The notes under the pieces were generated by a model that had not been told where the DNA came from, ran no database searches, and saw nothing but the letters and a program-made list of their open reading frames with translations. Below, piece after piece: positions 9,268-17,983 of a DNA stretch of 60,519 bases. The translations under genes were made by a program, and so were the position numbers. The DNA is taken from contig JBEGVH010000019.1 of the NCBI GenBank assembly GCA_041178425.1, forward strand, positions 1-60,519. Direction: 5' to 3'. The stretch is from Pseudomonadota bacterium. GTDB lineage: Bacteria; Bdellovibrionota; Bdellovibrionia; Bdellovibrionales; Bdellovibrionaceae. Positions within the stretch are counted from its first letter, which is position 1. Each line of letters begins with the position of its first letter.

Positions 9268-9963
9268 TTAAAACCGAGGGGCTTTAAACTGTAAGGGCTC
9301 ATTTTTCATTGCAACTCGCAGAGTGTTGGCTGTTTCCAGGTACATCTTCGTTCGGTCTTTCTCTCTTTTGTTTTCGACCGCCATGGTCTGTGCTTGAAGT
9401 TTAAGACCTGTGGCCTGAGTTCTAAGGCTCTGATTCATCAATTGCAGGAGGATTCCCATTGATTGGGCGGTTAATTTTTGAGCTCCACCCGGCGAAACCT
9501 CATGACTGTATTCTTTGATGGCCTCGCCAATTTGATCAATATCTGCTGTGTAACTGTAAATCTGGTTGTTCATCGTAACGGCCTCGGCCACTTGGTGATC
9601 AGTGTCTCGATAAACTTGGGCATCGGGTGAATTCACAACTACCCCATAAATATGCTGAAGTTTTTGAAGTGCCTGATCGACGTTTCTCCAGTCTTGGTAA
9701 ATGCCGGGGTCGATATTGGGGTATATGGTCTGCGCGAGTCTCAACGAATCATTGATCCCTTGGTTAATTTCACGAATCAATTCGAGGTTCTCGCGCCCAT
9801 TATCGACGATGTTTTTCAGTTCAACGAGTTGCTTCAGTGTATTCGTCAGAATCTGGGCGAGATAAAAAATATCTCCTCCCCAGAAATCCGCCCGGGCAGG
9901 TGTGCTGATCACAAAGACCGAAAAAACCACGATCGCTCCAATTCGTTTAAGCTTTTCAGTCAT
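9268..9963 (-). CDS. VirB5/TrbJ-like protein
   Basis: Signal peptide (PARA-D), Q/L-rich helical protein, operon position. Confidence 0.6.
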   Translation of the reverse strand: MTEKLKRIGAIVVFSVFVISTPARADFWGGDIFYLAQILTNTLKQLVELKNIVDNGRENLELIREINQGINDSLRLAQTIYPNIDPGIYQDWRNVDQALQKLQHIYGVVVNSPDAQVYRDTDHQVAEAVTMNNQIYSYTADIDQIGEAIKEYSHEVSPGGAQKLTAQSMGILLQLMNQSLRTQATGLKLQAQTMAVENKREKDRTKMYLETANTLRVAMKNEPLQFKAPRF

Positions 9964-12383
9964 CGATTCACCCCTTGGTTGGCAGCAACACCCTTCGGAA
10001 AATCCTTCGCCAGTCGCTTCAAAATCATTAGTGACGCCTCGGTGGGATAGGCCCTCTGGTATTCTTCAATTTTGCCGAGATCACGACCATCTGTTGTAGC
10101 TAACCAGTATTCAAGTGGAGTTGAATCGATCGCGACCACCACGCGAGCGTCTTCAGCCATCAAAAAGGCTTCTGAATAAATCCCTCGATCCTGGTGCAAT
10201 GAAGTAATTAACTCAACCTCGTTCGGATTGAGAGTTAAAACCTCTCTGAGTCGCTCCTTATCGGCTCCCTTTTGTTTGAGGACCCATTTGATACTACTAT
10301 TGGGTAAGATGGCGTTGGCAATTTTGCTCCGAGCGAAGTCATCAATGTTTTGGGAGATGGCAATTGCGCTGGCCATGTACTTTCGAAAAGTCCTAAAGAC
10401 TTCGGCAATAAAAAGTGACGCCGAATCGTTTTCCATCAATTTCCAACACTCATCTAATATTAGAAATTTCATTCGGGCTCGATCTGTCTGAATTTCGCGC
10501 CACACGAAATCTGTAATGATAAAGAGACAAGCCGATTGGAGGTCTGGATAAGCCTCCATTCCCTTCAAATCAAAACAGACAATCGGTCGGGTTAGCTCGA
10601 GATTGGTTTCTTGATCGACAAATTTCCCATAGGGCGAGCTTCCACACCACGAAGCCAATATCTTCCCAATTCTCTGAATGGAAGGTTCTTGATGACTTAA
10701 TAAGATTTCCCTCAAATCAGAAAGACGGGGTGCCTTCATTTTTTCATAGACTCTCTCAATTGCGGATTCAATTTCAGCCTTCTCAAGTTTACCTAACTGA
10801 ATCTGTTCATTTTCTTTGGTCATGATCTCAACCAAGCTTAAAATAAACTTAATCTTTTGACTGGATGGCTTACTTTCACCCACGCCTAAATCAAAAGGAT
10901 TTATTGAAAGATTAGACTCAACCCCAAGCGGTACATATTGGCCATCGAAATTATCGCAAATCTTTTTATAAGAACCGCCAATATCAACAATGAACACCTT
11001 GGGATTCTCCTTCAACATCTGCATCATCAAAATATTGGTCATAAATGACTTACCACTTCCAGAACCACCACTTACGATTTGGTTTGAGTTCGTCAACTCG
11101 CTGGTAAAGGGATCGAAGCTCAAAAGACTTCCCAGGCGAGTTCGCAACAATATCTTTGGATCTGAATGTCCTTGCCAAGGCCCGAAGACAGGCAGCAAGT
11201 CGCAGAGATTCGATGTCTTGACTCGTTTGATCCGTTCTTTACTTCTACTGTTGGGTAGTGCGATCTCAGAAAAGATATCGAAGGCAGCTAAGGTTTCCTC
11301 CATAGCTTCGGCACCAGCAAGTTCTCGTATCTTCGCTAAGGTCTCTGACACTTTCGCTTCAAGATCGGATTCTTCGCGAGAGCGCACCAATACTTGTAAA
11401 CTTAAATGAAAGACTTTTTCCCCCTGAGCAACCATTTCCTCAAGGAGCGTCTCGAGGTCTTTGAGTTTAGCCTCACTTTCAAGGTCAGAGACGCCGGTTC
11501 GCTTCCCCGCGACCATGGAAAACGCGATCCGACGTTGTGTCTGTAAACTCTCAAGTTCGCTTTGTTGATGGGGCACAAAGATCGAAACAAATACTCTTGT
11601 ATCAAATGGCAACTCACGGAGTTTAGTCGCCATCAATGCAAATGTTTGATCGGGCAGGATCTTTAGTGAAATAACCCTGTACTGGTATTCGCTCATTGAA
11701 AAGCCACGGTCATCGACGCCGACATCAGTAAATAGAACTGATGAGCGAAGATTATCTGGATTGACTCGCCCCAATGAAACTCTACGACTTGGGTTCCATT
11801 GTTCGTACAAAAGCTGAAGGACTTCCTCCGCAGTCAGACGCTCCGGTTTTAATCCCAGCGCTCCAAGACCCGATTCTAAATCCAACAACAAGCGCTCGGT
11901 GAGCACCAATTCACGTTTTAGATTTGACTCCGAAATGGCCTCAAAGGTTTTTGTTCGCGCAAAAGGCGACATTTTCGCCAAAAGCGGATTTTGTGGTTTT
12001 CTTCTAAAAAACATGAATAGACCATGCTTGGGGAGCAGACCTGATTTATCCAGAGATTTCAGTTTTTCAACCCTCGCTTTTGTCAGCTCCTCCACCACAC
12101 TCTCTCCGATATGCACGTCTTCATTCTGCGTTCCAGCATGCCTATCAATGAGGTCCTTATTACCGGCCTTGATATCTTGGATAAATTGAATATCAATCTC
12201 CGAGGGTAAACTGTTGAGAAATTGGGCCAACCGCTGGGAGTATTCATTGGCCTGCTCGATAGACCAACAACTTCCGTCAATAGGCGTGAGTCTAAATCCT
12301 GTTCCAAAAGAGCCATCAATAAAGATTGTTATATTTTCTTCTAGTCCCCAGACTTGAAGTGCATCAGCTAGATTACCGCTCAA
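9960..12383 (-). CDS. virB4: VirB4-family conjugative ATPase
   Basis: GGSGSGKS, IVDIGGSY, LILDECW, RTFRKY and ISQNIDDF motifs; 807 aa. Confidence 0.95.
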   Translation of the reverse strand: MSGNLADALQVWGLEENITIFIDGSFGTGFRLTPIDGSCWSIEQANEYSQRLAQFLNSLPSEIDIQFIQDIKAGNKDLIDRHAGTQNEDVHIGESVVEELTKARVEKLKSLDKSGLLPKHGLFMFFRRKPQNPLLAKMSPFARTKTFEAISESNLKRELVLTERLLLDLESGLGALGLKPERLTAEEVLQLLYEQWNPSRRVSLGRVNPDNLRSSVLFTDVGVDDRGFSMSEYQYRVISLKILPDQTFALMATKLRELPFDTRVFVSIFVPHQQSELESLQTQRRIAFSMVAGKRTGVSDLESEAKLKDLETLLEEMVAQGEKVFHLSLQVLVRSREESDLEAKVSETLAKIRELAGAEAMEETLAAFDIFSEIALPNSRSKERIKRVKTSNLCDLLPVFGPWQGHSDPKILLRTRLGSLLSFDPFTSELTNSNQIVSGGSGSGKSFMTNILMMQMLKENPKVFIVDIGGSYKKICDNFDGQYVPLGVESNLSINPFDLGVGESKPSSQKIKFILSLVEIMTKENEQIQLGKLEKAEIESAIERVYEKMKAPRLSDLREILLSHQEPSIQRIGKILASWCGSSPYGKFVDQETNLELTRPIVCFDLKGMEAYPDLQSACLFIITDFVWREIQTDRARMKFLILDECWKLMENDSASLFIAEVFRTFRKYMASAIAISQNIDDFARSKIANAILPNSSIKWVLKQKGADKERLREVLTLNPNEVELITSLHQDRGIYSEAFLMAEDARVVVAIDSTPLEYWLATTDGRDLGKIEEYQRAYPTEASLMILKRLAKDFPKGVAANQGVNR

Positions 12384-12705
12384 GCTTTTTCCTTTCTTTT
12401 AATTTGGGTGGAGTATTTGAATTGGTTGGTTCCAGAAATGCACAAAACACTCCTGGCTTAATTTGAAAACGCAACCAATGAACGAGGTAGTTTTCAGGCT
12501 TGCCTCGTTTGGCGAATCTCATAATTGCGGCGAGCAAAGCGCTTGGTAGCCACACAAGGAGCCACTTCAATGACGTTGTCCCAAACAGAAAATTCAGAAT
12601 GGACATGGTTAAAAAAATAACCAGAAGATCTGGGACCTCAAATCCCATGATCAACATTTTTTTATCAAGACACTTGCTGACTGGTGTAGCCCTTAGACCA
12701 CTCAA
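12373..12705 (-). CDS. VirB3-like membrane protein
   Basis: Two TMs, LIMGFE motif, located between the pilin and VirB4. Confidence 0.7.
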   Translation of the reverse strand: MSGLRATPVSKCLDKKMLIMGFEVPDLLVIFLTMSILNFLFGTTSLKWLLVWLPSALLAAIMRFAKRGKPENYLVHWLRFQIKPGVFCAFLEPTNSNTPPKLKERKKLER

Positions 12706-12717
12706 TAGAACCCCCTA

Positions 12718-13011
12718 TTAGTGAATTAAGGATTGAATCCAGCTGACAATACTTGGGGCGCCAAAGCCAATGGCTGCGCCGACCATGGCCAAGATCAAAT
12801 GGTTTCTTGCGTTGGGACTTCCTGCAACAAAGGATAGACCCGCAAAGACCAATCCCAAAATGGCAGCTAACGGCAAAATAGTGCCGATGAGCTTTGTTTG
12901 CACGGCAATGAGGCTGGATTCGACGCTGCATAAACCAATCGCTGGTAAAATCAGTAGAGTGATAAAATTCAGAATCTGTAAAAACTTGATCTGATTTTGT
13001 TGTTTCATCAT
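12718..13011 (-). CDS. VirB2/TrbC-family pilin
   Basis: Leader plus two hydrophobic helices ending GAAIGFGAPSIV. Confidence 0.85.
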   Translation of the reverse strand: MMKQQNQIKFLQILNFITLLILPAIGLCSVESSLIAVQTKLIGTILPLAAILGLVFAGLSFVAGSPNARNHLILAMVGAAIGFGAPSIVSWIQSLIH

Positions 13012-13022
13012 GAATGTCCTTA

Positions 13023-13367
13023 TTAGTGATTTGTTGGGTAGAGGTTCATGTAAATTTGAGCTTTGAGGAGTGGAAATTTAAGCTCCATAAAGCTGTGCAG
13101 TTTTGCATCAAGAACGCCATTGCCAATGGGATTTAAAAAACGGCTCTCTTTGCCCTCCGTTCGAAGTCGCGAATAGACCGTATATCGCTCGGCTGAGTCC
13201 CTGTTCTTCACCAGATAATAGGTTTGGCCTGGGAACATCATGAGTCTGATCTTGTAATAAGCGGTCCCTTCGTCTTTAAAGGCCGACCCAATTAGAAGTT
13301 TGGCCTCGATGGTATTTTCTTTGCGAAATCCGGTGAACAGTTCATATTTTTCATTTTGTGTTTTCAT
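13023..13367 (-). CDS. Hypothetical protein, possibly DUF736-like
   Basis: Duplicated IG(S/N)(A/G)...I/LxL beta motif. Family call tentative. Confidence 0.55.
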   Translation of the reverse strand: MKTQNEKYELFTGFRKENTIEAKLLIGSAFKDEGTAYYKIRLMMFPGQTYYLVKNRDSAERYTVYSRLRTEGKESRFLNPIGNGVLDAKLHSFMELKFPLLKAQIYMNLYPTNH

Positions 13368-13557
13368 TGCCTAAGTCCCCTTTAATTTTTAAATTCAATT
13401 GCTTTTTTAAACTTCTGATCTTTGCGTATTTTCGTTTTAGCGCTTCATTATTGCGGAGCCCTGGAGCTATTGAAGCCCAGAGTCTTTCAATAGTTTCAGC
13501 CATTTCTTGAACCTGATTGATGTTATTGACCTGAGTGTCTCTAACCGTAGAGTTCAT
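13351..13557 (-). CDS. Small hypothetical basic helical protein
   Basis: 68-aa ORF overlapping both neighbours in the operon. Confidence 0.55.
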   Translation of the reverse strand: MNSTVRDTQVNNINQVQEMAETIERLWASIAPGLRNNEALKRKYAKIRSLKKQLNLKIKGDLGNENTK

Positions 13558-13708
13558 TCGCTAAACTCCGATGTTGCTTCTCAATTTTTTCTATCTCAGA
13601 AATAAGAGGTTTATTTGTCATCAACTCTGTTAGGGGAAGAGAGCCATAAATCTCTCGAATCAATTGATGGAGTGTGATCAAGTCACTGCGAACTAAATGC
13701 CATTTCAT
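13541..13708 (-). CDS. Small hypothetical protein (55 aa, not in ORF track)
   Basis: MKWHLVRSDLITLHQLIREIYGSLPLTELMTNKPLISEIEKIEKQHRSLANELYG*. ATGA overlap with the upstream stop, and it fills the operon gap. Confidence 0.6.
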   Translation of the reverse strand: MKWHLVRSDLITLHQLIREIYGSLPLTELMTNKPLISEIEKIEKQHRSLANELYG

Positions 13709-13989
13709 ACAAGGCCCTTCAATCGAACGACTTTCTTGTCGAATTTGCGAATGATCTTATTTTTGGGATCAAACTGTTCTTTGAATGCAAGAAACCGATT
13801 ATCCATCAGTCCCTCTTGCACATACATCTCGGCGCTATTCCACTCGCAGTGACAGCAAATAGTATCAACGCCAAATTCCACTAAATCGCCTGTTCCACAA
13901 CAAGGGCAGGTTTCGAATTTCAATTGCTTGCGGGTCTCTGGTTGATCTTCGATTTTTCTAGCAAGGCTATCCATTTTAACTCCTTTCAA
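13705..13989 (-). CDS. Zn-ribbon hypothetical protein, first gene of transfer operon
   Basis: CPCCG...CCHC motifs. The real start may be MDSLA after an AAGGAG RBS. Confidence 0.65.
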   Translation of the reverse strand: MKGVKMDSLARKIEDQPETRKQLKFETCPCCGTGDLVEFGVDTICCHCEWNSAEMYVQEGLMDNRFLAFKEQFDPKNKIIRKFDKKVVRLKGLV

Positions 13990-14025
13990 CGTTCTGTCTG
14001 AAACATCCAGACAACCCTATAAAGG

Positions 14026-14041
14026 GCATGAACCGTGCCAA
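14026..14041 (-). promoter_or_regulatory. Sigma-54 (-24/-12) promoter of the transfer operon
   Basis: Minus strand reads TTGGCACGGTTCATGC, versus consensus TGGCAC-N5-TTGC, with exact GG/GC spacing. Adjacent to a bEBP gene. Confidence 0.85.
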
Positions 14042-14133
14042 TGAGCTTCTTTAACTTTAAAACCCTAGTTAACTCATTGAAGACAGAGATAAAAACCCAC
14101 TTTCAAGATCACCCTTGCTCATGAAAATATTTG

Positions 14134-14178
14134 TTCAGTATTCAGGATTCAGAATTCGGATTTTTCTGAATCCTGAAT
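14134..14178. promoter_or_regulatory. Putative upstream activating sequence (bEBP enhancer)
   Basis: Perfect 15-bp inverted repeat ATTCAGGATTCAGAA-N9-TTCTGAATCCTGAAT (14140-14178), built from 7-bp TTCAGNA units, ~100-140 bp upstream of the -24 box. Confidence 0.7.
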
Positions 14179-14293
14179 GAGTTCATTCATTTTGTATTTT
14201 CTCCCTATTGAAAACTTCCTTGATGTTGCATAAAAGGTAGGCAGATTTTTCTGGCCGATAGAGGTCAGTGAAATGACACCTAAGGGGTTGTGA

Positions 14294-15868
14294 ATGCTGC
14301 ATCCAAAGCCTAAAGAACAGATTCAAATACTCATCGTTGATGATCAGAAAGATCAAAGTTTTGTGACCAAAATCTATTGCCGCGATTTATTCACTAAGGT
14401 TGCAGTTAAAGAAAAATTGGACCTTGAGATCAGTGAATTTGAATCTCCCGATGAGGCTGTTGATTTTTGCCTCAATAGTCGGGTTCATATCATTTTGCTC
14501 GATAAAGACCTTGGTGAAAAAAACGGTCAGAAAATTACCGGGATGGATTACATTAAATCTTTTCACGAGCTTCAGCCATGGGCACAGATCATTATACTGA
14601 CCGCCGATGGCTCCTACACTGAAATTGCCAAGGCCATTCGACTTGGGGCCTCCGATTACCTCCTTAAAGGCATGGGGGGCGATTACGCCACTTATAGAGA
14701 TGCGGTATTGACCGGTGCACTTAATCGAGCCCGATTGGAACTCCTTGAATTTAACGAAAGGGCTTTAAAAACTGACATCTCGTCGGACTTCGCCTGCAAA
14801 TCTCCCGTCATGCGCTTTTTTGATCAGAAACTGAAGGCTGTGGCCGAATCATCTTGGCCAGTTCTCTTGCTTGGGGAAAGTGGTCTAGGTAAAGGCTCAG
14901 CCGCTCGGCGAATCAACGAGTACCGAAGGCAATTATTCAAAGATTCAAATCGGCCTTTTATCAACGTGAATATCGGCTCCTTGAGTGACGAACTCGCTCA
15001 GTCAGAGCTTTTTGGGCATGAACCCAATGCTTTTACGGGTGCCTCCAATAAAACAAAACCAGGTCTTCTGGATGCTGCCGCTGGAGGGGATATCTTTCTT
15101 GATGAGATCGGCGATGCCTCTTTAGAAATGCAATTAAAACTTCTGAAAGTCGTTGAAGAGAGAACCTACACCCGTGTTGGGGGCCGCAAAGAAATTCCGA
15201 CGGATGCTCGTTTCATTTTTGCCACTAATAAAAATCTCAGTGAATTGGTCGACAAGGGTTTGTTCAGAGCGGACCTTTACATGCGTATCAGCGCCTTTGA
15301 ATTACAGATTCCAAAGCTTTCCGATCGAAAAGAAGATCTTCCCGAAATTATCAGGCACATGATTAAAAAAGCTCTGAAAGATATGCCAAGCAAGATCGTT
15401 TTTTATGAGCAATTTCCTGATGACCTCATTGATTACCTCACCCGCGACCATATTAAGGGCAACATTCGTGGGATCGAGAATGATGTCATCCGACTGATTA
15501 CCTATGCTCAGCCCGACAGCACAGGGCAGCTATATCTCAAGGATTGGAAATCCATCTTGGGTGTAGAGCCAAAGATCATCCGAAAAAAGGCCCCGGTGAC
15601 AATCAATGAGCAACTGGATCTTTCGACTTTCAAGGATATTGAGACCAATTTATTGTGTGAGTCTGCGGTCGGCCTCAAAGACTTGAGAGATCTTTTTGAA
15701 AAAAAATTAGTTGAAGAGGCGATGAAGAAAAATAACCACAATCTCCGTCTAGCTGCACTCAATTTAAAAATCGCTACGTCACATCTTCACTCGAAGGTGA
15801 AGCAGTTCAAAATTCCGACAAAGAGGGAGGTAAATAATGGACAACAACGATCCAAAAATTCAATTTAG
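14294..15868 (+). CDS. NtrC-family sigma-54-dependent response regulator (REC-AAA+-HTH)
   Basis: ILIVDD...LLDKDL receiver, GESGLGK Walker A, ELFGHEPNAFTGA, FLDEIG, FRADLY and a C-terminal Fis-type HTH. Confidence 0.93.
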   Translation: MLHPKPKEQIQILIVDDQKDQSFVTKIYCRDLFTKVAVKEKLDLEISEFESPDEAVDFCLNSRVHIILLDKDLGEKNGQKITGMDYIKSFHELQPWAQIIILTADGSYTEIAKAIRLGASDYLLKGMGGDYATYRDAVLTGALNRARLELLEFNERALKTDISSDFACKSPVMRFFDQKLKAVAESSWPVLLLGESGLGKGSAARRINEYRRQLFKDSNRPFINVNIGSLSDELAQSELFGHEPNAFTGASNKTKPGLLDAAAGGDIFLDEIGDASLEMQLKLLKVVEERTYTRVGGRKEIPTDARFIFATNKNLSELVDKGLFRADLYMRISAFELQIPKLSDRKEDLPEIIRHMIKKALKDMPSKIVFYEQFPDDLIDYLTRDHIKGNIRGIENDVIRLITYAQPDSTGQLYLKDWKSILGVEPKIIRKKAPVTINEQLDLSTFKDIETNLLCESAVGLKDLRDLFEKKLVEEAMKKNNHNLRLAALNLKIATSHLHSKVKQFKIPTKREVNNGQQRSKNSI

Positions 15869-16103
15869 CAAGACTGAGATCGTCCACGACCTCAATAATC
15901 TTAATTACCTCCTGAGAACACTTGCAAAAGTCATTGACGGAATGGCTGAGCTGCCACCAGACATAAAGAGACTTTCTGCGGGAGCTGTTTCAACGACAGA
16001 TCGCCTTATTGCCAAGTTAGGTGGCGCACCAAGGTCAGCAGAGAGCTTGGTGAAAGAACCTTCGAATAACCATGGCTCTGCTGATGAGGGTCTTAATCGA
16101 TGA
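15837..16103 (+). CDS. Stand-alone HisKA/DHp-like small protein
   Basis: EIVHDLNN H-box followed by a two-helix pattern, no ATPase domain. Strong AGGGAGG RBS. Confidence 0.6.
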   Translation: MDNNDPKIQFSKTEIVHDLNNLNYLLRTLAKVIDGMAELPPDIKRLSAGAVSTTDRLIAKLGGAPRSAESLVKEPSNNHGSADEGLNR

Positions 16104-16176
16104 ATCAATACAAATTAAAGGGTTCAAATATTTCTTTCATCTTTTGGGGTTTTAAATCTAACCCCAAGGGGGCTTA

Positions 16177-16983
16177 ATGGTCGAAACAAATAAGCATTAC
16201 GATATAGACTCTGGCTTCTTTAAGGCCTTTTTAGATCCTTATATGAAGTACACCAGTGGTCTTTATACAAATAATGAATCCCTCGCACAGGGTATTCTTA
16301 ATATGCTCGATAAGCATGTGGGTTTTCTTCAACACTACAAAGCACCGCGCATTTTAGAGATTGGGCCGGGCTGGGGTTCATTTATTTATCGTCTTCAAGA
16401 AAAGGAGATTCCTTTTGAATACACAGCGATCAATCCTTCCAAGGTACAAAATGAGTTTATCAACAATCGTTTGGAAAAGCCGGTTAAAATTATTGAAAGC
16501 AGCTTTGAGGAGGCTGAGCTAAAACCAGAATCATTTGATTTGGTGTATTTTATTGGTTCGTTCTGCCACATGCAAGACAAGCTAACCCAGCTTGAAAAAC
16601 TCAATCACGTTCTTTCAAACGGTGGTCGTGTTATTATCGAAGATACCTTTTTTATCTCAGAAAAAATGTACCAAAAGCATCACGCGCGTAACGAAACAAA
16701 ATATGTTCAACAAGAGGTCTTTGGTTTTGCTGAAATCCTGTCGCTTTCAAACTTTATAGAGGTCGCGGCCAATAGAGGCTTTCAGGTGCAAACAATTTTG
16801 GAGCACTCCAGTAGTTATGCTAGGACTGTCGAGCTGTGGCTGGAAAAGCTTTATCCTATGCGAGAGAGTGGCAAATATCCCCAAGCTGACGAGTTTATTA
16901 AGTACCTAGAAATTGCGCAGCGGGGCTGGCGCTATACTATTGCCAATTACCTTATTGAAATTCAGAAAGTGAGTCGCAAATGA
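16177..16983 (+). CDS. SAM-dependent methyltransferase, cyclopropane-fatty-acid synthase/mycolic-acid MTase family
   Basis: HYDIDSGFFKAFLDPYMKYTSGLY, ILEIGPGWG and SYARTVELW. At 268 aa it lacks the N-terminal domain of E. coli-type Cfa. Confidence 0.85.
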   Translation: MVETNKHYDIDSGFFKAFLDPYMKYTSGLYTNNESLAQGILNMLDKHVGFLQHYKAPRILEIGPGWGSFIYRLQEKEIPFEYTAINPSKVQNEFINNRLEKPVKIIESSFEEAELKPESFDLVYFIGSFCHMQDKLTQLEKLNHVLSNGGRVIIEDTFFISEKMYQKHHARNETKYVQQEVFGFAEILSLSNFIEVAANRGFQVQTILEHSSSYARTVELWLEKLYPMRESGKYPQADEFIKYLEIAQRGWRYTIANYLIEIQKVSRK

Positions 16984-17552
16984 TTCAATTGATTTCCATG
17001 TTTGCAGATTTGTTTAGTTTAAAAAAGCAACCAGTGCCCATGGCTAAGGAACAATTTGATTTTAGCCATCCAATTCAGTTTCCATTTTTGAATTCGGATC
17101 TTCACAAGGGTTTCGTGAATTCCAAGTCAAATGATTGGGGTCTGCAAGCTGAATTTTTTAAAGGCAAAGAAAAGACGGCTTATTGTAAATGGGAGCGGGT
17201 GATTGATCCTTTTCAGGGGTTCTCAGGCATCATTCATGGTGGAATCCTAGTGACTTTAGCTGATGAACTAATGGCAAACTGCGTTTTGGCCCATACCGAG
17301 AAATTTTCAGTCAGCCTCAAAGCGACGGTTAAATGGCATAGCCCGGTAAAGATTGGCGATGCCGTTTTAGGTTATGCGCAGATCATTTCTGAATATAAGA
17401 ACTTTAAAAAGGTTCGGTTCATCATTCAATCCGAAGCGGGTAAGGTTGTGCTATCTGGCGAAGGACTATTTTATTTACCAACACAAAAACAATTCAATCG
17501 CATGACAGGCATCAACCTGCCACCTGAACTACAAACTTATTTGAGAGGTTAA
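16980..17552 (+). CDS. PaaI-family hot-dog thioesterase
   Basis: GIIHGGILVTLADE motif; 4-bp overlap with the methyltransferase. Confidence 0.85.
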   Translation: MIQLISMFADLFSLKKQPVPMAKEQFDFSHPIQFPFLNSDLHKGFVNSKSNDWGLQAEFFKGKEKTAYCKWERVIDPFQGFSGIIHGGILVTLADELMANCVLAHTEKFSVSLKATVKWHSPVKIGDAVLGYAQIISEYKNFKKVRFIIQSEAGKVVLSGEGLFYLPTQKQFNRMTGINLPPELQTYLRG

Positions 17553-17553
17553 A

Positions 17554-17973
17554 ATGGAATTTAAAGAAGCTGTGATCGAGCTCGATATTGAATTTGAAGA
17601 TTTAGATGCAGGGGGCGTCATTCATCATCCTAATTACATCAAAGTATGTGAGAGGGCCAGAGGGCGATGGTTGGCCAGCAATAACATCACATTCAAGAGC
17701 CTGAAAGATAAAGACGTTGCTTTGGCTGTTCGATCCATACAAGCCGACTATTTGAAGCCAATTTCTATGGAGAGGGTGAAAGTCGCATTAAAAATTCTAT
17801 CCCATTCAGAGAAATCAATCGTTATTCGCCATGAGATATCCCCAGTGGCTTCGCAGAGACCTGGTGCCTACTTCACTGCGGATATTGCATTTGTCACTGC
17901 GAACTATTCAACGGCTAAATCGTGCCCGCTACCAAACGAAATTCTGGATTTTATCAGGATTCAAGGCATTTAG
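17554..17973 (+). CDS. YbgC/4HBT-family acyl-CoA thioesterase
   Basis: DLDAGGVIHHPNYIKVCERAR motif. Confidence 0.88.
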   Translation: MEFKEAVIELDIEFEDLDAGGVIHHPNYIKVCERARGRWLASNNITFKSLKDKDVALAVRSIQADYLKPISMERVKVALKILSHSEKSIVIRHEISPVASQRPGAYFTADIAFVTANYSTAKSCPLPNEILDFIRIQGI

Positions 17974-17983
17974 AGGTCAATTT

